A DNA stretch of 64,000 bases from Hemiscyllium ocellatum (GCF_020745735.1 NC_083420.1:73254237-73318236), one strand, 5' to 3'; numbered from the stretch's first letter, positions 25,281-39,829 are shown. Notes: a model not told the origin generated them from the letters alone. Program-made: numbers and translations.

Positions 25281-26722
25281 TGGTCAGGCCAAGTGCCAAA
25301 TCACATCCAGAATTTGAGGTAAACTGTAATCAATCGTAACTACTCTCTTTGACTTCGTGATTTTCAGAGGTTATAAGGTGTTACAGGAAGGGGGAACAGC
25401 CATGGAAATTCTGTTCACACTGTTGAGCATAATCGAAAATGAATTACATTGCTGATGTGAGATCGTTCTCTAATGCGTTTCATTGTCCCTCAAGTGCCAA
25501 ATCCGGAGTATCCTGACAACTATACAGCGACTACAGCATTGGATATAGTGGAGGATAACCATCGTATCAAGGCTTTCCCTTCATTCAGTTAGGTCATGAC
25601 TGTTCTCCATTTTCACTTTAGTTAAAATCTGCATTTTTAAAAAAAAATCTTCGTAGAATAGTACAAACTTGAAGGAAATTTGTGATCGTGTTATTCATAC
25701 TTCCTCTAAGCATTATGAGAATATCTCCAACCTTAAACAAGGCTGAAACAGCCTGGCTAGAATTCCTTATTGATTCATCAGGATTGAAGCATTCACACCA
25801 GAATGTATTCGCCTGAACTGTTACTCATTAAATTAGCATCTCAAAGAGGATGAATTCTATACTCCTTATCCCTGTCAATCACATGTGATACACAATTGTT
25901 TTGTGGTCTGATCCCATATGAATAAATTTGAAGAGCTCAGTACTAGATAAAAGGTATGTCGTACAATATGCAAGGTGAACAAATCATTCCTGAGCAGCGA
26001 ATGAGTATTGAACACGCACTAATTATTTTCAAAAAAGTGTCCCTGCATATTTTTACAGTCATTTTGAGACCGTAAGATCAGAAGATAATGCAGCAGAATG
26101 AGTCTATTCGGCCAATTATGTCGGATTTATCGTGATTGCTATGGTTCTCTAGCTTATTTCCCTGCCTTCACCAGTTACTCAGTAAAATCTGTCTTAATAT
26201 CCACAATGATTTGGAGTCCTCAGGCCACTGCAGCAATGATTTCCACAGATTCATTACCATCTCAGTTCGAAAGGCTGCCTCTGAGGCTGTGCCCTTCGGT
26301 ACTAGGTTTGCTTATTGGTTAAAACATGTACTCCAAGTTTACTTTATCACGGTCTATCAGTATTTTCTAAGTTTCAACGTGATACATCATATCCCCACTC
26401 CATTTTGATGCAGTTACTAGAAATGGATTCGGATGTCTGACTGATTCTCGCAGTATCGTCAGCCAACTGGCTATTTTACAAAAGACAGTTAATCCAGCTC
26501 ACTGACTAATTGTCTTCAACATGGAGGCAAGCAAGCTTTTCTAATCTGTTAAAAGTTAATATATGGGCAATGCCAATATAACACTCAAATGTAAATAAGA
26601 GACAAATGACATGTTGGTAAATTAGGAGCTGCACTGTGCTGTTTACAAAACAAAAAAAATGTGATTTTGATTCACATCCGAGTTCAAAATAATTTGTAAT
26701 TCTATCAGTACATTTCTCTTTT

Positions 26723-27039
26723 CCTGGGGTGTGGCGATGTATTGACGTTGAGTATTCTCTGTATGAGTGACCTGACAAGTATAGACTGCGCTGTGAAACC
26801 ATTCACCAAAAGAGACTATCAGCCCACTCGTCACCGCGAAGTTTCCATTTTCTAAACAAATACAGGAGACGGGAAGAAGACAGAATCCAAGGTTCGGCCA
26901 TTTTTCAACGAACCAACAGAGATTGACTTCGGATGGAAGTCAATGTTTGAACCGATGACACTTGCAAGTTTGGTGTTTGCGATTTCTTCTTTGACATTCA
27001 CAGTTAGAACAAGGTTTGGGTGGCCAATATCTAATGTAC
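26723..27039 (-). pseudogene. IGHM: IgM CH2 exon (stop + frameshift)
   Basis: HPNLVLTVNVKEEIANTKLASVIGSNIDFHPKSISVGSLKNG..SPVFV*, then a shifted frame NGNFAVTSGLIVSFGEWFHSAVYTCQVTH. First Cys and the core Trp are lost, and no canonical GT donor remains. Confidence 0.92.
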
Positions 27040-27139
27040 CTTCAGTCAACACATCGTATAAATTATCTGACGAATCGATCACAAAAACAACCAGTTCTTA
27101 AATATCAAGTTTGTCGTGTTTAATCGATACTACAGTCGA

Positions 27140-28930
27140 CATTAAAAGAATCATAATTATGCAGATCGATAGAGAAGCTGAGATCCATCCGGAAAGACTA
27201 GCAGAATCATGTGAGCAAATCTCATCATAGCGATGTGTTTCCAAAATTAGAAGTCACGACAAGGAAGTCAGGCAGGTATAGAAATTATAGGCTGGTTAAA
27301 TTAGAAGGGAGAGAGAAATTTGAATTTCATTTTAATGAAAGAGTCTGTTGAGCAACGCAGATTATTTGATGGCATAAATAAGGAAATGGTGCAATTGATA
27401 CGACGGGCACATGTTGAGGAGGGTCAGGAGTGGCTGTTCATCAGTCCTTGATAGAGTACTTTCAGGCTGGACAGAGAACGTTGTAGCAGGGTTGGGGGTG
27501 GTGGGGAAGTGGGGTGGGGATTGGAATGAGGGAGGAAGGTAGAGAAAGTCGGTACCATTCCAATTCTGACAGATTATTTTCGGCTGCAATTACAAGTGAA
27601 ATCATGAATACCTCCATGAATGAAGGCAAATAGACACTTCTTCAAAACTAAAATAAAGCAAACACAATTATTGGGAGAGCACTATAAACTTCACTACACG
27701 TCCAAAAGCTCGGAAGTTGTAGATACATGGGCAAACACCAGAGAAATATAAATCAAACAGAGGGGTGAAGAGCTTACACATTCATCGTTTCAGAAATTTA
27801 AAGGGAGCAGAATCCTGAAAATGACTGCAGGAAAATATTTTAATGAAGTACGTGTTTATTAGAGAGAATTTTAATACACGCCATGCTCAAGAGCGGTGAA
27901 CCTGAACTTAAGTTGAGGCAATAAAGCCGGTGAAGTGGCTTAAACATCAATGGTGGAGCACTTTGCAGAAAACGATCATGAATCTGTTGGATTTAAGCTA
28001 GTTCCAGAAAGTTATAGGAAAGGGCCTGAACAACTCTGAAATGATGGATGGAAAGTTTCAGTAAAATCAAGTAATGATGTACCAGAATTGACTGGAGTCT
28101 GACATTCATTGGCAAATGTGAATCAGAGCAGTGGTATAGAAATCGGCAAAGAACAGGGATGACATTTTTGATGAAGCCACAGGTGGTACTAAGGCATCAA
28201 CGTTCAGGGAGGTTGAGAAAAAAGACAAACATGGAAGACCGGATGGTAAATACTGAAGTCTCAAAACAATAGAAACTCTCATGGAGTACAGAAGGTGCAA
28301 GAGGGAATCGCAAAGAAGCGAAATTCGGAGAGCAAAAAGTACCATGGAAATGTAATAGCAGTCAAAATAATGGAAATTATTAAAGCCCGTTGGTAGTTCA
28401 TATATCTTAAAAGAATAATGCAGGAAAAAGCAATGCCCATGAGAATCTGCAGTGTTATTATTGGCGTGGAGCCAGAGGATTAGGTTCTGCACAAAATCAG
28501 TGCATTGTGTCAGTATCCACAACCGAGAGAGGCCATGCCTGTATAGAAATCATGGAAAAATATGTGGACACTTTCAGAAATTAAGACAGATGACGTGAGC
28601 TTCTGTGTTATCTTGCTGCATTAAGAGTGGTTTCATTTCCAGGGCAGATAAAATGCATCCAGGATATGGAGTGATGCAAAGAATGAAATAGTTGAGTCGC
28701 TGGCAATAATTTAGAATTCCTGTCTGGCCACAATTGATGTGCCAAATGAGTGTAGAGCAGCCAACACGGTAGCGCTATGCAGGACGGAGGAAGAAATTAA
28801 TAGTTAAACCACCGGCGTGTAAAACTAGGCTCACATCGTAGGGAAAGAATTGGCCCTATTGAGGAGGTGGATTAGTCTTGATTTAGAAGATTAATTAAAA
28901 ATTATCAGCGTGGTTTATTGAGGGGAAGTC
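27140..28930 (+). mobile_element. Highly decayed CR1 ORF2 fragment
   Basis: Residual endonuclease/linker sequence similarity to other CR1 copies (e.g. ..gagaattttaat..; gagaatctg..gtggagccagagg..; ccagggcagataaaatgcatccagg). No intact ORF. Confidence 0.5.
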
Positions 28931-29064
28931 ATGCATAAACAATTCGGTTGTAAGTTTCGAAGAGGTAAGTCGATGTCCAGGCGATAGCAAACATCAAAGC
29001 CGATAGGATCCGATTTAATTTGAAAAAATAATGAATACAGAACTGGCTGACTGGCAATTGGAAG

Positions 29065-32000
29065 AGCATAACAGAGCATAGAAAAGTACAACACAGAACT
29101 GATCCTTCGCCCCGCGATGTTATACTGGCGATTATTCCTAATCTAAAATAAAATAACATAACCTAGGCACCCGTCAATTTACAGCTGTCCATGTGCACGT
29201 CCAGCGTCGCTTAAGTGTCCAGAATGACTCTGCTTTAACCACTACCGCTCCCAACGCATTCCATGCATTCACGACTCTCAGTGGAATGAACCTACCTCTG
29301 ACATCACCTCGACAGCTTCCTCCACAAACTTTAAAACTATGATGCTTCATGCAAGTTAATCCAGTCATGGGGAAAAGTCTCTGGTTTTACACTCAATCCA
29401 AGCCTCTCATGACCTTGCATACCTCGATAAGTTCACCTCTCATCCTCTTTCATTCTAGAGAGAAATTTCCAAGCTGAGTCTAACTCTCCTTGTAACACAA
29501 ACCTTCTGTAAATTATCGGTTTCTTTCCTTTAATAAGGCGACCTAAACTGGACATAATACTCTAAATGTGGTCTCATCAGGGTCTTGTAGAACTGCAGCA
29601 AAACCTCGCAGCCCTTAAACTCGATCCGCCTGTTAACGAAATCTAAAACACCATACACTTCTTTAACAACCCTATCCATTTGGGTGGCAACTTTGAGGGA
29701 TCTCTGCACTTGAACACCAAGAAACAGATGTTCCTCTACACTGCCAAGAATCCTATCTTGAATGCTACAATCAGCATTCAAGTCCGACCTTCCAAAATGC
29801 ATCACTTCTCATTTGTCAAAATTGAGCTCCATCTGCCATTTCTCGGTCGAGCTCTGCATCCTGTGTATGTCACGCTGCAGCCTGCAAAAGACCTTGGTAC
29901 AATCAACGGTACCTCCAACGTTGTGTAATCGGCAAATTTACTAACCCACGCCTCAACATCCTCACTAAAGTTATAAAAATAATCAACAAAGTGCAGAGGC
30001 TTAAGAAGAGAGCCCTACGTGACACCATTCACCATTGACCTCTGGGCAGAATACTTTCCAGCTACAACTACCCTTTACCTTCTTTAAGCTAACCAAGTCT
30101 GAATCCAGAAAGCTAAATCTTCCTGTATCACATACCTCCTGACCTTGTGAATGAGCTGACCATAGGAAACCTTATCAGGTTGCTTTCTGAAGTCCATATG
30201 CACAACATCCACCTTCGTCGACCTGGCTCGTCACCTCTTCAAAGAACTCAATAAAATTTGTGAGACATGATTGCCCCTCACCTCGCCATGCTGACTGCCT
30301 TTCATTATGCTGAGCTTTTCCAAGTAGTCAAAAATGCTATGACTCAGAATTATTTCCAAAATCTTGGTGACAACAGACGTAAGTCGGACTGGCCTATAAT
30401 TGCTAGGGATTTCCCTATTACTCTTTTAAAAATGAACAACATTCACCTCCCTTCAATCCTCCAGTACGATTCCTGTGTGAGTGAAGAAGCAACCATCTTC
30501 GCCAGCTTCTTAGCAACCTCCTTTCTCACTTCCTGGAGCCACCTAGGATGAATCTGGACTGGCCCTCGGACTTACCAATCGTATTATTAGCCAAAAATTT
30601 CCAGCACATCAGATTCATCAATCTTGATCTGCTCAGGCTTAATTCCCAGCTCCTCAAAGTTCTGATTCACAACAACGTCCCTTACCTTCGTGAAACCGAA
30701 CCAAATAATGCATTTGGGGATTCCCCTATCTGCTGAGACTCCACGCACAAGTTCCCTACGCTATCCCTGATCTACCCTACCTTCTTCGTTATCATTCTCT
30801 TATTCCTCAGGTATGAATAAAATGCGTTTGCGTTCTCTCTAATGGTTAACGCCAAGCCCTTTTTCTGCTGCCTCCTGGCTCTCCTCAGTCGATTTGGGGG
30901 ATTATTTCTGGCAAGCCTGTAATCTTATCACACTGTGCTACACCCTTGCTTCCACCACCTAACATAAGCTGCCTTCTTCCTTTTGATATGAAGCTCATCT
31001 GTTGTCGTCATCCAAGGCTCCTTAATCTTAACCCTTCTTGTCTGTCTCGAGGAACAGATTTGTGTATCACTCACAACAACTGCACCTTAACCAGCGCCTC
31101 AACTTGCCTGTTGCGCCCTTTCTGTGGAGCAATTGCTCCCAATCTGTACTTCCCAAATCCTGTTCGATAACGACATAATTTCCTTGTCGACGATTAAAAA
31201 TCTTCCTATGGTTATTGCTCTCTTCCCTCTCCATTGCTATTGTAAAAGTGAGGCAGCTATGGTCACTATCATCAAATTGTTCTCTCACCTCGTGATCTGA
31301 CACCTGTCCAGGCTCATTACCGAGCACCAAATACAAAATGGCTTCTCCCGTCGTCGTCTTGTCCACATACTGAATAAGAAGGCCAGTGAGTCTGACTTCA
31401 GTGGTGGGCAAAGTCTTAGAGAGAATGGTAAGGGATAAGATTTATGAACATCTGGGTAGGAATAACGTGATCAGGGATAGCCAGCATGGTTTTGTGAAGG
31501 GCAGGTCGTGCCTCACAAACCTTATTGAGTTCTTTGAGAAGGTGACCAAGGAAGTGGATGAGGGTAAAGCAGTAGATGTTGTGTATATGGATTTTAGTAA
31601 GGCGTTCGATAAGGTTCCCCATGGTAGGCTAATGCTAAAACTTCGGAGGTATGGCATTGAGGATACATTAGAGGTTTGGATTAGGAATTGGCTGGCTGGA
31701 AGGAGACAGAGGGTAGTAGTTGATGGATTATGTTCATCTTGGAGTGCAGTTACTAGCGGTGTACCACAAGGATCTGTTTTGGGACCATTGCTTTTTGTTA
31801 TCTTTATAAATGATCTAGAGGAAGGACTTGAAAGCTGGGTAAGCAAGTTTGCGGATGACACAAAAGTCGGTGGAGTTGTGGATAGTGAGGAAGGAAGTGG
31901 TAGGTTACAGCGGGATATAGATAAGTTGCAGAGCTGGGCGGAAATGTGGCAAATGGAATTCAATGTAGCTAAGTGCGAAGTCGTTCACTTTGGTAGGAAT

Positions 32001-34560
32001 AACAAGATGATGGATTACTGGGCTAATGGTAGGCTACTTGGTAGTGTGGATGAGCAGAGGGATCTTGGTGTCTATGTACACAGATTTCTGAAAGTTGCCA
32101 CCCAGGTAAATAGTGCTGTGAGGAAGGCATATGGTGTACTGGGCTTTACTGGCAGAGGAATTGAGTTCCGGAGTCCTGAGGTCATGTTGCAGTTGTATAA
32201 GACTCTGGTGCGGCCTCATCTGGAGTATTGTGTGCAGTTTTGGTCGCCATACTATAGGAAGGATGTGGAAGCTTTAGAACGAGTGCAGAGGAGGTTTACC
32301 AGGATGTTGCCTGGAATGGTAGGAAAATCTTATGAGGAAAGGCTGAGGCACTTGGGGCTGTTCTCATTGGAGAAGAGAAGGTTTAGGGGAGATCTGATAG
32401 AAGTGTATAAGATGATTAGGGGTTTAGATAGGGTAGATACTAAGAACCTTTTACCGCTAATGGAGTCAGGTGTTACTAGGGGACATAGCTTTAAATTAAG
32501 GGGTGGTGGGTATAGGACAGATGTTAGGGGTAGATTCTTCACACAGCGGGTTGTGAGTTCATGGAATGCCCTGCCCGTATCAGTGGTGAACTCTCCTTCT
32601 TTATGGTCATTTAAGCGGGCATTGGATAGGCATTTGGAAGTTATTGGGCTAGTATAGGTTAGGTAGGATTCGGTCGGCGCAACATCGAGGGCCGAAGGGC
32701 CTGTACTGCGCTGTATCCTTCTATGTTCTATGTTCTATGTTCTAAGACCCTCCTGAACACACCTGACAAAATCGGCTCCATCCAAACCATCTGCACTAAA
32801 TAGGTTCCAGTCAATATTGGAAAAGTTGACTTCATCCATAACAATAACCCTGCTACATTTGCATTTTTCCAAAATCCGGTGGCCTATGAGTTCTTCAATC
32901 TCCCTATTGCTATTAGAGAGTCTTCAGAATACCCCAGTGTGGTGGCTGATACATTACTGTTCCTAACTTCAACCCATACTGACTCAGCAGACGAACCCTC
33001 CTCAAGAACCTTCATTTGTGTAGCTGTAACACACTCTGTAATTAGCAATGCCACCCCCCCCCCCACCCCGTTTTTCCACCCTTCCTGGTCTTTGAAAGTT
33101 CTTACCCTGGAAGATGTCACAAATATTCCTGCCCCTGTGAAACCCCCGTGTACGTTATGACTACAACATAATAATTCCAAGCACTGATCCATGCTGTAAG
33201 TTCATCAATCTTATTTCTGACACTCCCTGAGTTAAAGCAGACACACTTTAATAGATCGCTTTGATTCATCACATGAAAAAAACTTATCCAATAGATTCAC
33301 CCCATCCTGTCACTGCCTTAGCTACAACTACCCCCTCACAGTTTGGTTCCCAACCCGCTGTGAAACGACATTTAACCCTCCCAAACCACACGAATGAGTC
33401 TCCCAGCCGGGACATTTGTGGCCCTCCAGTTCAGGTGCAACTCATCCTTCATATACAGGTCCCACCTTACCCGAAGGCATCCCAATGGTCTAAATATCTG
33501 AAGCCCTCCTTCCTGAACAAGCCTCGCTGCCACGTGTTAAGTTACACTCGCTGACTGTTTCTCACCTCACTATCTCGCGGCATCGGTAGCAAACTGGAGA
33601 TCACTAATCTACTCGTCCTCGCTTAAGCTTCCAACCGAGCTCTCCGTCGTCACTTTTCAGATCCTCGTTCAATTTCCTGGCTACATCATTGGTGCGCATA
33701 TGTACTACGATTTCTGGCTGCTCCCCCTCCCCATAAAGAATCCTGTAAAGCCAATCAGCGAAATCCCGGACACGGGGAAGTAACCTACCTTCCTGGAGTC
33801 CCATTCCTGACCATAAAATCTCCTGTTAATCCATCAACTACTGTGTCCTCTACGACTAGCGCTTTTCTATTCTCGCCCCGTTCCTTCTGAGCCACAGTGC
33901 CAGTCTCAGTTCTAGAGTCCCGACAGCTATGGCTTTCCATTCATCGGCCGTCCCCACCATCAGTATATGAAACGGCACACTTATTGGGGAAGGGAACGGC
34001 CACAGGGAATCCCTACTCGGTACGACGGATCCCCATTCTCCCTCTGACTGTAACCCAGCTGTCCATATGCTGTGTCTAACAAATGACCACCTCCCTGTAC
34101 ATCCTTTAAATTTTCCCCACAGCCTCTCGAATGATCTGCAGTTCAATCACCTCCAGCTCCAGTTCCTTAACTCGGCTTTCGAGGGGCTGGCATTGGATGC
34201 ATTTCCTGCACATGTGGTCGTGTCTTTCACCTGCACATTCTATAGGATGAACATGTAACTGTCCTAACAGCCATACCCCGGTAATCTGAGAGCCCACACT
34301 GGACTAAAAAAAAAGACGAAATGAAGGAAAAAATGAGAAAACATTAAAACTTACCGAGTTTACAGCATCTTTGTAAGTTTACCGCTGGTGGGTGGGAGGG
34401 AGGCCTTCTAGTGTATGGCCTCAGGTATAGATCCCAACCACTTAAAAACTTCTTAAGCGCCCTCGCTTCTCTCCGCCCTTTCTCCTCACTGGTCTGCTCA
34501 AAATAGAGGTCTGTCTCCTGATGTAATTCCTTTTTAAGTGGTAAATATTGGCCTACCAGG
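29065..34560 (-). mobile_element. Old near full-length CR1 (5'UTR, ORF1, ORF2, tail), interrupted by a young CR1 at 31380-32742
   Basis: ORF1 pieces 34106-34297 (HMCRKCIQCQPLESRVKELELE) and 33604-33804 (QPEIVVHMRTND); endonuclease 32884-33192 and 31067-31411; RT end 29530-29805 and 29174-29368; tail near 29065. Confidence 0.9.
31380..32742 (+). mobile_element. Young 5'-truncated CR1 with intact RT C-terminal frame and TAAGA target-site duplication
   Basis: Uninterrupted 423-aa ORF 31386-32657 (QHGFVKGRSCLTNL, FADDTK); (TTCTATG)n tail; TAAGA at 31375-31379 and 32743-32747. Nearly identical to 57659-59022. Confidence 0.96.
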
Positions 34561-34980
34561 CAGTCCTCGCTTCTCACCGCCCTCTATCCTCGTGTCTCTG
34601 TTCAAGATGGAGAGTTTGTAATGATAGTAGAATGTTTCTGTGACTGGAAATATATGACTAGTACTGTTCCAAATGTATCAGTGTTAATTTTCTTTCTGTT
34701 TCTCTTATATATACATGATTTAGATTAGAATATAGGGCGATTGACCATAAACTCACAGATGAAGTGCAAATTGTAGTGTTTGTAAGCAGTGCGCAAGATG
34801 GCTTTCGAATGCAGGAGGAGAAAGAAGGGTTGGGTCGTTGTGCTGAGAAGTGGCAAATGGAAATCATTCTGAATAAGTGTAAGGGGATACTCCTGCGCAG
34901 AAGAAACTATCAAAATTATGAATAGTAAAACCCTGAAATTGAATGAGGATCTTTGGTGTGCATGCATTTCGAACCCTTGT

Positions 34981-37900
34981 ACATAGAACATAGAACATAG
35001 AACAGTACAGCACAGAACAGGCACTTCAGCCAACGATGTTGTGCCGACAACTGTTCCTCATGTATGCACCCTCAAATATCTATGACCATGTGTATGTCCA
35101 GTAGTCTCTTAAATGTCCCCAATGACCTTGCTTTCACATCTGCTGCTGGTAACGCATTCCATGCTGTCACAAATCTCTGTGAAAAGAACCCGCCTCTGAC
35201 ATCCCCACTATACCTTCCTACAAACAGCTTAAAACTATGACCCCTTGTGTTCGTCATTTCTGCCCTGGGAAATAGTCTGTGGCTATCGATAATGCCTCTC
35301 ATTATCTTGTATACCTCAATTAGGTCCCGCCTCTTCCTCCTTTTCTCCAATGAAAAAACACCGAGCTCAGGCAACCTCTCTTCGTAAGATCGGCCCTCCA
35401 GTCCAGGCAGCATCCTGGCAAACCTCCTCTGAACCCTCTCCAAAGCGTCCACATCTTTCCTATATTAGGGCGACCAGAAATGGATGCAGTCTTCCAAGTG
35501 CGGTCTAACCAAAGTATTATAGATCTGCAACAAGATCTCACGACTCTTAAACTCAATCCCCCTGTTAATGAAAGCCAAAACACCATATGCTTTCTTAACA
35601 ACCCTGTCTACTTGGGTGGCCATTTTAAGGGATCCATGTACCTGCACACCAATATCCCTCTCTTCCTCCACACTGCCAAGAATCCTATCCTTAATCCTGT
35701 ACTCAGCTTTCAAATTCAAACTTCCAACATTCATAACCTCGCATTTATCCAGGTTGAACTCCATCTGCCACCACTCAGCCCATCTCTGCATCATGCCAAT
35801 AAACCGCTGCAGCTTACAACATCCCTCTATACTGTCAACGACAGCTCCAACCTTTGTGTCGCCTGAAAACTTGCTGACCCATCCTTCAATTCCCTCAAAT
35901 CCAAGTCATTAATAAAAATTACAAACAGTCGAGGCCCAAGGACACAGCCCTGTGGAACACCACTCACCACAGTCTTCCAGGCAGAATATTTTACTTCTAC
36001 TTCTACTCGCTGTCTTCTGTTGGCCAGCCAATTCTGTATCCAGACAGCTAAGTTCCCCTGTATTTCATTCTTCCTGGCCTTCTGAATGAGTCTACCATGG
36101 GGGAACCTTATTAAATGCATTGCTGAAGTCCATATACACCACATCCACAGCCCGACCCTCATCAACCTTTCCAGTTACATCGTCAAAGAAATCGATAAGG
36201 TTTGTGAGGCATGACCTGTCCCTCACAAAGCCATGTTGAGTGCATTTAATCAAGCCATCCTATTCCAGGTGGCCATACATCATATCCCTCAGAATCCTTT
36301 TGAACACCTGCAGACGACAGACGTGAGACCTACTGACCTGTAATTGCCGGGGATTTCTCTATTTCCTTTCTTGAAGGGAGGAATTACATTTGCCTCTCTC
36401 CTGTCCTCAGGTATGACTCCAGTGGAGAACGAGGATGCAAAGATCTTCACAAGTGGCGAAGCAATTGAATTTCTCCTTTCCCAAAGGAGCCGAAGATAAA
36501 TCTGGTCCGGGCCTGGCGACTTGTCAATCTTAATGTTTGTCAAAAATTTCAACACATCAGCTTCTTCTATCTCGATACATTCCAACATGCACACCTGCTC
36601 TTCAAAGGTTTCATTCAGTCCAAAGTTCGTTTCTTTCGTAAAGACAGAAGCAAAAAACTCATTTAGGGCTTCCCCTACCCCCTCAGACTCCACACACAAA
36701 TTCCCTATGCTATCCCTGATCGGCCCTACTCTTTCTTTGAGCATTCTCTTATTCCTCACATAAGTGTAAGATGCCTTTGTGTTCTCCCTCATCCATTCTG
36801 CCAAGCCTTTCCCGTGCCCCCTCCTGGCTCTCCTCAGATCATTTTTGAGCTCCTTCTTCGCATGCCTGTCATCTTCTAGAGCTGAGCTTGGCCTAAGCTT
36901 CCTCCTCCTTATGTAAGCTACCGTTTTCCTTTTGACGAGAAGCTCCACTGCTCTCTTCATCCAAGGTTTCTTTATCTTACCACTTCCTGCCTGTCTCAGA
37001 GGGACATATTTATTCATCACTTGCAACAACTGTTCCTTTAACAGTCTCCACATATCTATAGTACCTTTACCATGGAACGATTGCTCCCAATCCATGCTTG
37101 CTAACTCATGTCTAATCGCATCATAGTTTCCTCTTTCCCAGTTAAATATCCTCCCATATTGCCTAATCCTCTCCTTCTCCATAGCTATGTAGAATGTGAG
37201 GCAGTTGTGGTCACTAACACTAAAATGCTCTCCCACCACATGATCTGATACCTGCCCCGGCTCGTTTCCGAGCATCAAGTCTAGAATGGCCTCTCCCCTT
37301 GTCGACCTGTCAACGTACTGATTTAGGAAACCCTCGCAAACACACCTTACAAAAACAGCGCCATTCAAATCTTCTTCTCGAAGGACGTTCCGATCAAAAT
37401 GGGGAAAGTTAAAGTCACCCATTACAACAACCCTTTCATGTCCACACTTTTCCAAAATTTGCCGACCTATGCTTTCTTCCATCTCCCTGCTGCTATTGGG
37501 GGGCCTGTAGTAAAGCCCTAACGATGTGACTACTCCCTTGCTGTTCCTAATTTCCACCGATACGGACTCGGTAGGTAGACCTTCCTAGACAATGGAAGCT
37601 TCAGTAGCTGTGATTCCCTCTCGAATTAGTAGTGTTATTCCCCATCCTCTTTCCCCACCCTCCATATTCTTTTTAAATGCACTAAACCCTGGAACATCCA
37701 GCAACCATTCCTGCCCCTGAGAAACCCATGTCTTTGTTCTGGCCACAACTTCAGAGCATCAGATACTGACCATTGCTCTAAGTTCATCACTTTTATTTCT
37801 GATACTCCTTGCGTTAAAGCAACCACACTTTAACTGACCCCTTGGTTCTTTCCCAGGAAAATCCTTCCCACAAAGCTGGTCTACCTCTTCCTATTGCCTC

Positions 37901-38450
37901 ATCTGCATCAACTCTCACCTCCAGTATACAGCTCAGTTTCTCTCCCCCTCCCCCCGACATACTAGTTTAAACACGCTCAAACTACTCAAGCAAACCTTCC
38001 ACCCAGGATATCGGTCCCCTTCCAGTTCAGATGTAACCCGTCCTTCTTGTGCAGGTCTCCCTTTCCCCAGGAGCCATCGCAATTATCTACATACCTGAAA
38101 CCCTCCCTCCTACACCAGCTGCGCAGCCACGTGTTAAGCTGCAGCCACTCCCTGTTCCTCGCCTCCATATCTCGTGGCACCGGTAGTAAACTACAGAACA
38201 CTACTCTGTTTAACCTGCTTTACAGCTTCCATCCTAACTCCCTGAAATCACTTCTTATATCCACGATCAGTTTCCTGCCTATATCATTATTGCTAATATG
38301 CAATACGATTTCTGGCTGTTTGCCATCCCCTTTTAGTTTCTTATACACCCGATCTGAGTCATCCCGGACCCTGGCACCAGGGACGAAACCCACCTTCTGG
38401 GAATCCCGATCCTGACCACAAAATCTCCTGTCGATTCCCCTAACTATCTC
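34981..38450 (-). mobile_element. CR1 LINE (end of ORF1, frameshifted ORF2, (TTCTATG)n tail)
   Basis: ORFs 37986-38201 (KDGLHLNWKG), 36289-37557 (endonuclease/linker, 422 aa), 35827-36165, 35465-35794 and 35072-35452 (RT); catagaa repeats at 34982-35003. Confidence 0.93.
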
Positions 38451-38454
38451 TGTG

Positions 38455-39110
38455 CTGTGGCAGGGGGACAAAGAGGCCAAGAGGCAGTGCAGGATATTTG
38501 CTTTTATGAGTCGAGACAATGCATTTAAGAGTAGGGAGAAGGTAACAGAACTTAATGAAATGCTGCTTCTTACATACCGAAGCACTGTGTGCAGCGTAGG
38601 ACTGCATGTTATCGAAGGAATATGATAATACTGAGTGCAGCATCGATGAGATTTGCCAGGAATTTTCTTGTGCTAGGCGTTTTTACTTTTGAAATGAGAT
38701 TAGAAGACTGGGGTTCCCCTTGAAGCAGATGAGAATGAGGGAAAGAATGATTGAGATGTCTCGAATTATGGTAGGCATAGACACGGCGAACAGGATGAAT
38801 CCCTCCTCCCTGATGGAAGGATTAATGCCTCAGAGGCATATGGTTAAGGTAAATGCAGAGAATGTCAAGGGAAAGCAAAATATCACAGAGGGTGTGAATC
38901 GGGGGCACTGGCCCTGTAAGTCATGTTCAGACTGGGCCCCTCATAATATGTAAGAAGTATTTAGATGCATACTTGCAATGGCAAGCCACACAAGGCAATG
39001 AATCAAGTATGGACATATTGGACTGGAATAGTTAGGTGGCTGTAATTGGTAGGTGTGTATTGGATGGGGCAAAGGGCCTTTGCATGCTCTGTACACCTCT
39101 ATGATTCTGT
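38455..39110 (+). mobile_element. Decayed CR1 3' fragment
   Basis: RT C-terminal remnants (ggatatttgcttttatgagtcgag..; gcagcgtaggactgc..; cctcagaggcatatggttaagg) and a 3'UTR ending ctctatgattct. Confidence 0.65.
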
Positions 39111-39185
39111 GGAAAGTTTTGTAAATAATAACTTACGCAAATTATTCGCAGATGTTCTATTTATCTGAATTGCTCTAATACTTAC

Positions 39186-39484
39186 GTGGCATTCCAGTGC
39201 TCTTCTGGGAGCCGATATGTTGATCCTCACAGGAGTTTCTTCTGCAATCCGCCTCGAACTCAGTCAGAGATAATTGGCTGGCCACTGGGTGAGTTTGTTT
39301 CTTATTTCTCACTGATGGATAAGCCTTCATTCCAGTCGTAATTAGCTCCGCATCTTTCTTCCTGGTCATCTTGGTGGTGTCAGGGGAATAGTCCATCGCC
39401 AAACAACAAAGGATCGCAAAACCGTCGGTGTTGTGCTCTCACCTGAGGACACTGGACCATAAATAATGGGGAAATACGCCATTT
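39186..39484 (-). pseudogene. IGHM: IgM CH1 exon (frameshifted)
   Basis: FPIIYGPVSSGE, -1 shift near 39440, then HNTDGFAILCCLAMDYSPDTTKMTRKKDAELITTGMKAYPSVRNKK..SQLSLTE; intact GTAAG donor at 39185. Closely follows shark IgM CH1 (LAMDYSP..W..ITTG.K.YPSV.NKK); core Trp and second Cys are lost. Confidence 0.93.
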
Positions 39485-39829
39485 CTTGGACTGAATGATC
39501 AACTGAACAAGTTTGTTTCTGTTAATTAGGCCTTTTCAGTAACTGAAATATATGCTCAGCTGTAAATATATGCCAGAATTTTCCCATGAAAACTTAGAGC
39601 ATAACTGGAGTTTATTTGCGTTTCCTGTCAGTTGTTGATCATTAACTATTGATTACGTCTTCAGAATCATTCTTTCTACATTGACCATTATGACATAATT
39701 TAGGATTAAGAATACCCTGATCCAACCACCAGTAACTGTGTTATAATCTCATGAATTGATACTTTACTTGGATTGTAATTGAAGGGAGAAGACGTTTCAA
39801 GAAATGAATACGAAGGAAAGTGGATGCTG

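Noticed and set aside
31416-32542. Antisense ORFs (e.g. 31442-31963, 57721-58242 and similar elsewhere) as novel genes
   Set aside because: They are shadow frames on the opposite strand of CR1 RT coding sequence and are duplicated wherever the CR1 is.
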